Shown piece by piece: positions 1 to 11,232 of a stretch of DNA of 64,000 nucleotides. This DNA comes from Octopus vulgaris (lineage: Eukaryota). Both the position numbers and the translations under genes were made by a program. How positions within the stretch are numbered: position 1 is the stretch's first letter; every line of letters begins with the position of its first letter. The stretch is taken from positions 78,864,001 to 78,928,000 of the forward strand of contig OX597819.1 of NCBI GenBank assembly GCA_951406725.2, written 5' to 3'. Under the pieces are notes generated by a model. It did no database searches and was not told the origin of the DNA. It was given only the letters and a program-made list of their open reading frames with translations.

Positions 1-640
1 CTAATGAAGTTCATTCCATAATTTCTTGTTCTTTTGCCATTATTCAGTTTTTTATTATGCTCTGTACTCGGCTAATGCTTTTTCTCTGAAGAATATGTCT
101 ATTGAGTTTTTAACTCCAGATTATTAGTATCACCATGCCTAAGTGAAACATGAATATACATATATATTTATACACGCAAACACATGCATGCACTCGTATG
201 ATATATATATGTTTTTGGTGGTGATTTATATGCCATATGGGTCCTTTAGTAATTTGCTACAGGATGGTAGAACCTTCCCAGTGGTGTTACTGTAACAAGA
301 GAATGGTAAACTGTCATCAGCAAATTATTTAGTGTGTGTTTATGTGTGTGTTCCTTTCTAGGAAAGATTATAGGAAGAATCTTGTGTTCCAATTTGATGT
401 AACAAGTCTTAGAGGAGTTGAGGCTATTGTTTGTTGGCTTTGGTGTGTGGTTTGTCTAGAGGGGTTAGAAAGTGTTTTGTCTTTTGTTTATTTCTTCTCT
501 CTTGGGCAGGGCGGGAGTGTTATGTACTCTGAGTGATTCAGAGTGTAAATCAAAGGCTGCAATGATCACATGACTAAAACTTGACATCTATCATCACACT
601 GTGACATTTGAGGATACCTTAGTTGCAGCTCCCCTTTTCT

Positions 641-796
641 CTATATATATATGTGTGTGTGTGTGTATGTATGTATATGTGTGTGTGTGCTCATATATTG
701 TGTGTAGATTCATGTATCCATATGTATGTATTTGTGTGTATGTATATATATGTGTGTGTGTGTATATATATACATACTCATATGTGTCTATATATG

Positions 797-851
<55 letters not shown>

Positions 852-1001
852 TTATATATATATATATACTGTATGTGTTTATATATATATATATACTGTA
901 TGTGTTTATATATATATATATATATATGTATGTGTATATATATATATATATATATATCTGTATGTGTTTATATATATATATATATATATACTGTATGTGT
1001 T

Positions 1002-1062
<61 letters not shown>

Positions 1063-1086
1063 TTATATATATATATATATATATAT

Positions 1087-1174
<88 letters not shown>

Positions 1175-1443
1175 TATATATATATATATATATATACTGT
1201 ATGTGTTTATATATATATATATATACTGTATGTGTTTATATATATATATATATATGTATGTGTATATATATATATATATACTGTATGTGTATATATATAT
1301 ATATATATATATTATATATGTATATATATACTGTATGTGTGTAAATATATATGTATATATGTATATATATGTGTGTATGTGTATATATATATATTATACA
1401 TATATATATATATATATATATATAGTGTATATATACATACATT

Positions 1444-1491
<48 letters not shown>

Positions 1492-1510
1492 TGTATAACT
1501 ATGTGTGTAA
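641..1510. repeat. Compound (TA)n/(TG)n microsatellite with a recurring ACTGTATGTGTTT spacer
   Basis: Directly visible; explains the Y/I/C-rich ORFs at 601-1560. Confidence 0.97.
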
Positions 1511-2014
1511 GGGTATCTGTATGTGAAGAGAGAGAGAAAGAGTAACAAGTTATACATCAATCGTTATCATTTGAAATATAAATTATACAAGACAACAACA
1601 GGCAGTAGAAATGAGAACAAGGGCAAGGGCGTTGCTGAAGGAAGATGTGGAGAATAGGGCAAGATGGGATGGGCTGTCATTGGGTCCTGCATGACTACCT
1701 CACCCCTCTTTTTTTTTTGTGTGGTAAGGAAAGTAGCCTTGAAATGCTTGTGACAGTTGTTAGCTTGTTTTGGGCATACAAAAGATAACAGAATATTCCA
1801 CAGGATTTGAAACTGGGTATCGCTCATATACTGTGGCAGCTATGTAGTTCTTTGTTCAGTCCCCACTGTGCAGCACCTTCAGAGCAAATGCCTTCAACTA
1901 TAGCTCCAGACTGATCAATGCTTTCTGAGGGAAAATTAGGTTGATGGAAACTCTGTGGAAGCCCATCGTTTGTGTGTGTATGTGTGTGTATTTCATCATA
2001 AAAATAAAAATAAA

Positions 2015-2260
2015 TGCGCCCTTTTAAAGCCTAGCCAGGCTCATGGGCCTGGTTTCCCAATTTCTATGGCGTATGTGTTCCCCAACTGGACGGGACGCCA
2101 GTCCATCACAGCGTTACTCTTTTTTGCCAGCTGAGTGGACTGGAGCAATATGAAATGAAGTGTTTTGCTCAAGAACAATGCGTCGCCCGGTCCAGGAATC
2201 AAAACCACAATCTTACGAGCATGATGCTGACACCCTAACCACTAAGCCATGCGCTTCCAC
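2015..2260 (-). mobile_element. SINE family C (tRNA head plus V-domain-like core)
   Basis: Minus strand: A box TGGCTTAGTGG, B-box-like GTTTTGATTCC, then TTCTTGAGCAAAACACTTCATTTCATATTGCTCCAG; homologous to 28936, 39029, 51193 and 58355. Confidence 0.85.
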
Positions 2261-2280
2261 ATGTATTTCATCATATTGAA

Positions 2281-2652
2281 CCATTAATCCCCACATATTT
2301 TCTCTCTCTCTCTTTTTTTATTCTCTCTCCATTTTTCACCTCTCAATCCTTTCTTTCGAGTCTAGGCTTGAAATGTCAAAGACTCCTTGATTCTTCCTGA
2401 ACGTCAAACTAATTCACCTACTTGTTGTTCCCTCACTTGTCTTTGGCTTTTGTTTTTTGTAAATTTGAACTGTAGATCGTTAGCCACTACACACATTTTT
2501 TTTCTCTCCTTGTTTTCTGTGTCCCTTTCTGTTGAAGAGCGTAGGCTCGAAACGTAAAAGACTTTTTCTATTCCTGAGCGTTATACTGATACATCTGTTT
2601 GTTTTGTACACCACCTGTCTCCGTCTTTTGTTGTGTTTTTCGTAAACTCTCC
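2281..2652 (+). mobile_element. Two tandem ~185-bp copies of a short Penelope-like (pLTR-type) element bearing a hammerhead motif
   Basis: 2281-2470 and 2475-2652 are similar to each other and to 9201-9380; each contains (C)TTTCTGTYGAAGAGCGTAGGCTCGAAAYGTMAAAGAC or a decayed version. Confidence 0.7.
2525..2560 (+). ncRNA. Minimal type I hammerhead-like motif with variant core CUGUUGA
   Basis: Stem I CUUU/AAAG, core CUGUUGA-A, stem II GAGC-guag-GCUC, GAAA, short stem III (cg), GUA cleavage triplet. Confidence 0.6.
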
Positions 2653-3594
2653 CTATATATATATATATAATCTGTATATATATCTTTATATATTTGTATA
2701 TATGTACGTGTATTTGTGTTCACCCACCCCACCTCCCTGGCTTGACAATCACTGTTGGTTTGTTTACATCCATGTAACTTAGTGTTTCGGCAAAAGAAAC
2801 AGATAGGATACGTACCGGAGGGTTTTTTTATTTTAATGTCCTGGGACTAATTTATTTGATTAAAACTTTTCAGTGTGGTTCTCCAGCATAGCCATAGTGC
2901 AGTGACTCTGAGAGTGCTCACCTTACCCAGTACGGCAAAAACATTCTATCACCCCTGCCCCTTCTTCAAAGCCAGATTATCACCATGTAAACTGTTTGCT
3001 GTTGATAACTGTAGTCCGACCTCATCTCCTACCACATGAGGCTAATAGATAATTTTGCAGCTGCTTAGTCACCAGTAGATTAACTTACTCCGCTACTAAC
3101 ACACATTCAAATAGTACAGTTTCTAATCAGAACAATATTCAAGCATATTGACTCTGACTGTTACACACAATGGTTAAAATTTTAATATGAATTATGAGAT
3201 GTTTGTGTGTCAGTACAAAGGATAGAGCATGGTCACTTAAGATGCAACGGAAATGTGGTTTGGGTCCTTTTGGGAGAGCCTGTTGTATTTTTGTCTCTCC
3301 TAGATTTTTTACCTGTAAATAATGATATTTAATAATAATAATAATCTTTCCTACTATAGGCATAAAGCCTGAAATTTGGGGCAAAGGTACTTAATTTATC
3401 GGCCCCAAAAGGATGAGAGGCAAAGTTGACTTTGGCAGATTGCCTTTCATCCTTTCAGGGTTGATAAAATAAGTACCAGTTACTCACTGGGGTCGATGTA
3501 TTCAACTTACCCACTTCTCTGAAATTACCGGCCTTCTGCCAAAATTTGAAACCAGTGTTAGCATTAGCTAAAATAAATCTAAAATATCTTTTTA

Positions 3595-3982
3595 ATCTTT
3601 TGCTTGTTTCAGTCATAGGACTGTGGCCATGCTGGGGCACTTTGTTGCAGAGTTTTAGTTGAACAAATCGACCCCGGTTCATATATATTTTAAAGTCTGG
3701 TACTTTTTCTGTTGGTCTCTTTTGCTGAAATCGCTAAGTTATAGGGATGTAATCAAATTGACACCAGTCATTGATCAGTGGTTGGCAGCAAACAGATGTA
3801 TAGATGCATATGCATATATTTATGCTTAGCTTCTTCACAGTTTCCATCTACCAGATTCACTCATGAGGTATTGGTTAGCCTGATGCTCCAGTAAAAGACT
3901 CTTACCCATCTGTTGTGCAGTGGGCTTGAACCTGAAACCATGTAGTTACAAAGTAGCTTCTTAACCACACCGCCATGCCTGT
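3595..3982 (-). mobile_element. SINE family A
   Basis: Reverse complement of the family A head, body and tail. Confidence 0.85.
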
Positions 3983-4024
3983 GAATAATGATGAGGTTTT
4001 CCATTCACAAAACAATTTCCCCAT

Positions 4025-4372
4025 ATCTTTTACTTGTCTCAGTCATTGGACTGCGATCATACTGGAGCCCCACTTTGACCTGTTTTTGTTTTTTCTCAAA
4101 TGAATCAACTCTAGTACATGTTTTTTGACCTTTAGACCTGCTACTTATTGTATTTGTCTCTCATGCCAAACTGCCTATGTTACAGGGATGTAAACACAAT
4201 AACACCGGTTATCAGGTGGTGGTAAGACACACACACATATGATAAGCTTCTTTCAGTTTCCATTTACCAAAGTCACTCACAAGGCTTATTTGGCTTGAAG
4301 CTATTGCAGAAGACACTTGCCCAAGGTGCTATGCAGTGGAACTGAAACCGGAACCATGAGGTTGAGAAGCAA
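4025..4372 (-). mobile_element. SINE family A
   Basis: GAAGACACTTGCCCAAGGTGC...GGAACTGAAACCGGAACCATG plus tail. Confidence 0.85.
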
Positions 4373-4770
4373 TTACTACAATTTTCAAAGAAGTTATATA
4401 CAATTTCGAAGCAGCTCTCTCTGCACGGCTTGGATTGAAGTGAGTTTCTTCTCTCTGTTCTGTAGACAGGGGAGGTCATTCAGTGAGTGAAACAAGTCTT
4501 TGTACCTAACAGTAATTGACATGGAGGAGGTCTGCCTAGTTTCTGGTAACTTTTGTATCATCCAATGATTGATTGACTCCAGACTGGGGGAAGATTACAC
4601 ACCAGTTTCTCTATACATGTATGAGTATACATACATGTGTGTGTGTATGTATTTTCTCACTTCTCTTTACCTTCCCCTCTGTCTCATCCCCCCACCATCT
4701 TTCCTGAATTCATTCTGTTATTGACAGAATGACAGGTGTCTATATTAGTTTGTGTGTGTGTATGTGTATG

Positions 4771-4818
<48 letters not shown>

Positions 4819-5899
4819 CTTGTGAACAAGTGTATGTATGTGTATACCTGGCTGTGATGGATGCTGCCCTATTAAGAAAAAAAGAAACTGTCTAGGTTCC
4901 AAGTCATCATAAAAATTCAGCCTAATTTTGTGGTTTTTCTTTTTTGTTTTCTCTATTCATGTTTATATTTTGTATTTTTTCATATTCTTTCTTTCCTCCC
5001 ATCCTTCTTTCTTTCCTCCCTTCTTTTTTTTTCTTCCTTTCTTTTTCTCTTGTATCCCTATCTTTTACGCCTCCTCTGCTCACCCACCCCCAACAGGCTC
5101 CTCTCTTCCCTGCTTTTGGCCTGTGTTTCCCTGTTCTTGTTTGTTGTTAACTTCCTTGTCAGATGTGAATAGCTTGCAGCACAGACTTCTTGTAACAACA
5201 ACAACATCGTAGTCATCGTCACCATCATCATCACCATCACTACCTATTACCACCATCGTCTTTGTCATCGACCTCATCTGCACCACTATCATCATTACCA
5301 TCATTGCCACTACCATCCATCATCACCATCATCATTATCTTCATCATCATCACCACTATCACCATTATATTCCTCTATATTTACCACCATCACATGTTCT
5401 GAAAGAAATACCAGCAACCACAACAACAGTAACAACACAAACAGTTACCACCACCTGCTTGCTAATTCCTGGGCTTTCTCCCCACCCTTTTTTTTTTCTG
5501 AATTTTTTTTTTCTTGTTTTTTTTTTGTTTTTTTTTTTACCTTAGAATTAACAGTTGCAGTGTATTGCTTGTTTGTGCATGTGCATTGGAGGGGAATGTA
5601 GTGATGCATATCAACTGACTCTCAAGACGTGTCTCGTACAAACACACGCAATCACACACACACTTGTACGTACACGCTTTTTGTCGTATCACATGTACCG
5701 GAATATATCCTGTCTGTCGAGGGATACACGGTTTGTTTGCTTGTTTATATTTTGCTGTTTAACCCCCAAGATTAGTCCTGATTTGAACAGACCTTACTTA
5801 GATGCAAGGCGTGCCGGAGATGACCATCCTGTTCGTTTTCTCCCTCTCTCTAAAACATAGTGCTACTATGATGAATTATCCGATGTGTGTGTGTGTCAT

Positions 5900-6080
5900 C
5901 TTCATTATCATCATCGTTTAACGTCCGTTTTCCATGGCATGGGTTGGACGGTTCTACTGGGGTCTAGGAAGCCAGGAGGCTGCACTAGGTTCCAATGTGA
6001 TCTGGCACTGTTTCTACTGCTGGATGCCCTTCCTAACGCCAACCACTCCAAGAGTGTAGTGGGTGCTTTTTACGTGCCAG
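5900..6080 (-). mobile_element. SINE family D 3' part (GTTGGCGTTAGGAAGGGCATCCAG core, (GAT)n tail)
   Basis: Reverse complement of 43370-43530. Confidence 0.8.
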
Positions 6081-6180
6081 ACAGTAGGATGTGATTCGAG
6101 GGAGATTTAGGTGCTATTTTCAATATGCCGAGAGACCACGTTGAGGCTCCTTCATTGCTAAATTTGGTCCTCTTGTTACC

Positions 6181-6408
6181 TTAACCGTTTTGGTTTTTTC
6201 TACTGGAAATATCAAGCCCAAATATTCTATTTATTTTATGTTCAAACTAGCCAGATCTGGTCTCTCACACATATCCTACAATATCATGCTAAAAATAGAT
6301 AATAACACGATAGAAATCTCAAAGCTATGAGATAATCCATGATTAATTCAAAAGTGTGGATAAATAAGCATTACCAGTCGATTGAATAATCTGAATGTTA
6401 AAACGGTC
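6181..6408. mobile_element. piggyBac-like MITE (decayed)
   Basis: Starts TTAACCGTTT and ends AAAACGGT; body similar to 15877-16103 and 35641-35860. Confidence 0.6.
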
Positions 6409-6777
6409 AGAGAGAACCCTTGCAAATGGTGACAGTGGTAGTTACGGGAAGTTAATCACCTGTCATCTTTTATTGCTGGTTGGATCAGCCAACAACATTG
6501 ACTGACTGTAACATTGACATCAGCAACTGTTTGTTTCATTTATAGTGTAAGGGTTTTTAACTAATTGAATTCATTCACCCCTTGTACAATTCATGCTCTT
6601 ATATTTTTCCCAACTCTGAAAAATCATCATTATTAACGTCACCATAAGTTTAACGCCCACTTTTCCATGCTTCTATAGGTCAGGCGGAAATTGCGATGGG
6701 TATTCTGTGACCGGATGCTCTTTTTGTCGCAAACACTCATCTGTTTCCAGGCATGGTAATATTTCTCCATGACTAAG

Positions 6778-6995
6778 GTGGTGAGCGAGCAGAATGGCTA
6801 GCACGCCAGGCAAAATGTCCTGAAGCATTTTGTCTTTACGTTCTGAGCTCGAACTCTGCCGAGGTCGGCTTTGCGCTTCATCTTTACGAGGTCCATAAAA
6901 TAAGTACTAGTTCCGTACTGGGGTTGATGTAATCGACTAGTACCTCCCCCCCCCCAGAAAAAAGTGCTGGCATTGTGCCAAAATTTGAAACCAAT
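6778..6995 (+). mobile_element. SINE family B (Meta-domain-like)
   Basis: GAGGTCGGCTTTGCGCTTCATCTTTACGAGGTCCATAAAATAAGTACTAG resembles the MetaSINE central domain. Confidence 0.75.
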
Positions 6996-7742
6996 ATTTC
7001 TCCATGACTATACACGGGGAAGCAGGAAATGGAGAACACTGCATGCATGACGGTTACTCGCGTTTGCAACTGTCATGCGATCTCGAAGCAAGGAAGCAAC
7101 ACGCGCGTGCGAAGGCTTCCACACAGTTTCCATCTGTCAAATCCACTCGCAAGTCTGGGGGTTATAGTAGAAGACACTCACCTAAGGTGCCACGCAGTGG
7201 GACTAAACCAAAGACCTTACGGTTGGGAAAGCAGGCTTCTTACCGAACACCTTTTATGCACCTTGACGGGTAAGGTTAGCTGACCTTCCATTTGATTCAA
7301 ACTGCAACGTAAACGGGTAACTCTAGACACTAACTGAAGACTGGGTCTCTTGGTTTTACCTGTGCAGTGATTCTGGCATGGTTGTGTGGTCAAAAGAAGT
7401 TCACTTTGTTGCATCGTGGGTTTGGTTTCAGTCTTAGTGCCTTTTAACTTGTGCAAGCGTCTTTCTGTTACAGCTCTGGACTGACCAATGCCTTGTGAGT
7501 GGAATTGGTAGGCAAAAACTGTGCAGAAGTCCATTGTGCACGTGAGCGTTTGACAGTACATGGTGTTGGTGCCCTGTTCATAATTTTGTATCAGTGAACG
7601 GAGACGGGGACTGGGTTTATGCTAGTTGGTTAGTTAAAGTTGACTGTCTGATACAGTTCCGTGGTATATTCTTTTCTACTCTAGGCACAAGGTCCGAAAT
7701 TTTTGTGGAGGGGGCCATTCAATTAGATCGACCCCAGTACGA

Positions 7743-8033
7743 GCTCTTAACCACTACGCCATGTGCCCGTGGGTATATGGCGTAGTGGTTAAGAGTGCAG
7801 ACTACTAACCCCAAGATTGTGAGTTCGATTCGAAGTAGTGATCTCAACAACAATAATAACATCGAAAAATACCTTAGGAATGAGAACCCAGGTTCGAAAT
7901 TTCCCCAAGATACCCGAAGAAGGCTGGAGGGTATCAGCCGAAACGTTGTTTTAACAACAAACAAGATGAGGACAAATATCCATAGAATGTAAATAACGTA
8001 TATAATTCCGCATCTCTTAAATATAGAACTGTA
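7743..8033 (+). mobile_element. tRNA-headed SINE-like element with an internal hammerhead, preceded by an inverted copy of its own 5' end
   Basis: A box TGGCGTAGTGG 7778-7788, B box GAGTTCGATTC 7821-7831, hammerhead 7909-7952; 7743-7768 is the reverse complement of 7771-7796 (23/26 identical). Confidence 0.75.
7909..7952 (+). ncRNA. Minimal type I hammerhead motif (U4>C in this copy)
   Basis: gauac-CCGAAGA-A-GGCUG-gaggguau-CAGCC-GAAA-cg-UU-guuuu; palindromic AACGUU in stem III. Confidence 0.7.
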
Positions 8034-8709
8034 CCTTGTAGTTTTATCTTTGTGCTTGTATGCATGTGTGTCTTGTTTGTCTTTGAAAAATAAAAAAAAA
8101 GTATTTTCTGTATAGTTTTAGTGAAGTCAACAAAACTTTTTGTCATACAAATATTTGTCATTTTTCGTATATATACTTCATGTTGTCTTTTACCTTAAAT
8201 ACTCTATCTCACCTCTTGTTGTACCTATCTTTTTTTATTGTCCGTGCTTCATGTAACTTTTCCCTATTAGATTCTTCTTTAAAAATACTAGCACTCTGAA
8301 ACCAGCGATCTTGTTGTTAATGTGCCGAAACTGCAAAACTTCGAGCAGCAGCAACTGATGAGAGGACGGTGAAGATTAAAATGCACTGAGCAGCACAAAA
8401 TGTGGCAGCACAGGGCTATCCGGGTTCATAATCAGAATGCGGCTTTCACCCACCCCCCACTCTAAGGAATTAAGGTCCAAAACATATGCATAATTGGGGT
8501 AGGGGCTTCTTCTTCGAAGACATTCTGTTATTCAGCCCCCTCCCCCCAGTTTTTTGCTACTCTTGAAACTACCTGCTGATCCCAGTGTCAGTCACTCAAA
8601 TCTCTCACTCTGTTACGTGATATCAATATCTTGTGTATCTATTTCTACTCATCTGCCTTTGTACACATGCATGCGTTGTATATAAACAATATATATGTAT
8701 GTGTATGTA

Positions 8710-9045
8710 AAGGTAAGATTCAAGGACCAAGGTGTAAGAAGTTGGTAAGCTTCAAGCAGTCCGTAGAAGGCATGAAAAACAACTACCAGGAACAGTAGTG
8801 GTTTATTGACGTAGAAGGTTATACATTTTTCCCATATTGAAGTTCGATAACCTGAAAAAGGTTATTTTATAGTTCACGGTTAGCAGCTGGGGTTGCTGTG
8901 TATGCGAATAAAATTCCAAATTTAGGGAATGGAATAAATAAAGTCCAGGCTACATATGTTTCCTAGCTAATAGAACTTTGGAAGTAGTAATTACCAAAAC
9001 GAGGGGTATTCAGCTAGCTACTCATCTGGCCAAAGATACCTTAGT
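8710..9045 (-). mobile_element. Probable Penelope-like pLTR fragment with hammerhead
   Basis: Single-copy block between microsatellites; hammerhead motif at its minus-strand 5' end and an AATAAA downstream. Confidence 0.45.
8948..9031 (-). ncRNA. Type I hammerhead-like motif with a long loop II (degenerate)
   Basis: Minus strand: ggc-CAGAUGA-G-UAGCUA...45 nt...UAGCUA-g-GAAA-CAUAUG-UA-gcc; palindromic CAUAUG in stem III, GUA triplet. Confidence 0.55.
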
Positions 9046-9146
9046 CAAATGAAGGTAATATTGTCATCAAGGGATTCCGTGTTAACTTGCAGAAGATTTG
9101 ATCGAAAATGAGTGGAGAGCACAGAGTGAGAGAACAAAAGGGAAAG

Positions 9147-9198
<52 letters not shown>

Positions 9199-9200
9199 GA

Positions 9201-9380
9201 GCCGTTAATCCCTACACATTTTTTCTCTCTTCGTTTTTTTTTTTTACCCCTTTCAGTCCTTTCTGTCGAAGAGCGTAGGCTCGAAATGTCAAAGACTTTT
9301 CCATTCTTTCCAGGCGTTAAACTAACACACCTGCTTGTTGTTACTTTGTCTTCGTCTTTTGTTTTCTGTAAATTTGAAGA
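9201..9380 (+). mobile_element. Third copy of the short Penelope-like element seen at 2281-2652
   Basis: Collinear similarity to 2281-2470; hammerhead motif at 9259-9294 (CUUU-CUGUCGA-A-GAGC-guag-GCUC-GAAA-ug-UC-AAAG). Confidence 0.75.
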
Positions 9381-9467
9381 ATATGCATGCATGCATGTAA
9401 CACTTCATTATTCACTACTCTTTAAGCAGTGTATCATGTATATATTGTTTTTAAAAGGAAAAAAGTC

Positions 9468-9513
9468 GGCACTCTGACGAAGGCGACTAAGCCAAAACTT
9501 CGAAGTTACTGTC
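9468..9513 (+). ncRNA. Type I hammerhead motif (G12>A in this copy)
   Basis: ggcacu-CUGACGA-A-GGC-gacuaa-GCC-aAAA-cuucgaag-UU-acuguc; 12-nt palindrome AACTTCGAAGTT at 9496-9507; 5 of 6 stem I pairs. Confidence 0.65.
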
Positions 9514-10139
9514 AAACTTTTCCTTGTAAAAAAATACGCGCGCGCGCGCGTATTACACATATCTGGCTGTGTATCTGTCTGTACGTTTCTCTGTCTTCCA
9601 TACTCTACTTAAAATGTTCTTCATATTAAGATGGCTTATTTTTATTCCTCCATAATCTTTCTCACTGCCTCCTCCGCTCACCACCACCACCACCCACCAT
9701 CACAAAGTCCCATTGTTGCAGTTGTTATTGTCTTAGTAGTAGTAGTAGTAGTAGTAGTAGTATGCTACCTCCCACACCTTATGCCAACACCCGCTTCTCT
9801 CTCTCTCTCTTTCTCTCTCACCTTCTCTCCCTCATTCCTTCTTCTCTCTCTCGCTCACCTTCTCTCCACCTCCCTCTGGTTTCTACTCTTCCAAACTCCC
9901 CTCTTTCTGTCTATACATGTATGTATGTATGTATGTATGTGTGTGTGTGTGTGTGTCTTCAAACAGAATTCATATTGTTTTATATTCGCAATCCATGTCG
10001 GTTAATTTCGTCATCGTCATCACACAACTACAAAAATAACATCTCTCCAGAATTTAACATCCATAATCGTTACTTTTTGCAATTATAATTGTTATTGTTG
10101 TGACTGCCGCATTTATTTGGTTGTTTTTTTTTCTTCTCT

Positions 10140-10207
10140 TTTGTATTTATTGAGGCTATTATTATTGTTATTATTATTATTATCATTATTATTATTATTA
10201 TTATTAC

Positions 10208-10277
<70 letters not shown>

Positions 10278-10300
10278 GTTATTACTATTATTGTTATTAC

Positions 10301-10358
<58 letters not shown>

Positions 10359-10372
10359 TTTTTTTTTTTTTC
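10140..10372. repeat. (TTA)n trinucleotide microsatellite
   Basis: Directly visible; source of the poly-Leu ORF. Confidence 0.98.
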
Positions 10373-10746
10373 TTTACAGTCGTTGTTATTGCCTCTGTAA
10401 TTGTTGTTGGTGTAATTGCTAGAATAGAATAACTGTTGTTGTTACTGGTGTTTTTGTTATATGTTTTATTTATCGGAAAGTAATTCTTTCGTTGTAGAGG
10501 TGAAGTGTAATATTAACTCCACACACACACACACACACCCTAATCACCCCCCGTTCGTCCTCGCCTCCGTATCCGTGTCTGTCTATACATATGCACGCCC
10601 GTCTATGTATGTATGTATATATATATGTATGTATGTTTATGCGTTTTTGAATTTTCATTTTCTATTACAATATTTCTTAAGTTATTTATATTTCCATACT
10701 TTATTGAAAAATTTACTGTATTTTGTTGACGCCGTCGACGTTCTCG

Positions 10747-10778
<32 letters not shown>

Positions 10779-11043
10779 ATTGATATTGATTGTGGTGGTG
10801 TCGGCGGCGGTGGCGGTGACGGTTAATTGGGTTACTTTGGGCAGGGTTCGTTAAGTTTGTGTATGTGTGCGTGATTATATAAGCATCGTGTTTGTGTGCT
10901 GAAGATTTTAAGTGTGCGCCCGTGCGTGTGTGTATGTATGTATGCAAAGATGTACGTGAAATCCTTATGTGCATTATTTTTCACTCAGCTGTATTTGTTT
11001 CTCTACGCATTTTCTGTGTTTTTTACGGTTTTATGCGTTGTTT

Positions 11044-11232
<189 letters not shown>

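Larger units (their letters stand above)
1830..2905 (+). mobile_element. SINE family A copy split by later insertions
   Basis: Head GTTCAGTCCCCACTGTGCAGCACC...GATGGAAACT at about 1850-1970; tail TAACTTAGTG...CTCCAGCATAGCC at about 2730-2905; matches the intact copy at 18082-18475. Confidence 0.7.

Noticed and set aside
601-1560. Long ORFs of 247-291 aa
   Set aside because: Translations of (TA)n/(TG)n microsatellite that are open in several frames; not genes
8323-8366. GAAA...CTGATGAG suggesting a type II hammerhead
   Set aside because: No UH cleavage site in register and no stem I
10117-10422. Poly-Leu ORF
   Set aside because: (TTA)n microsatellite
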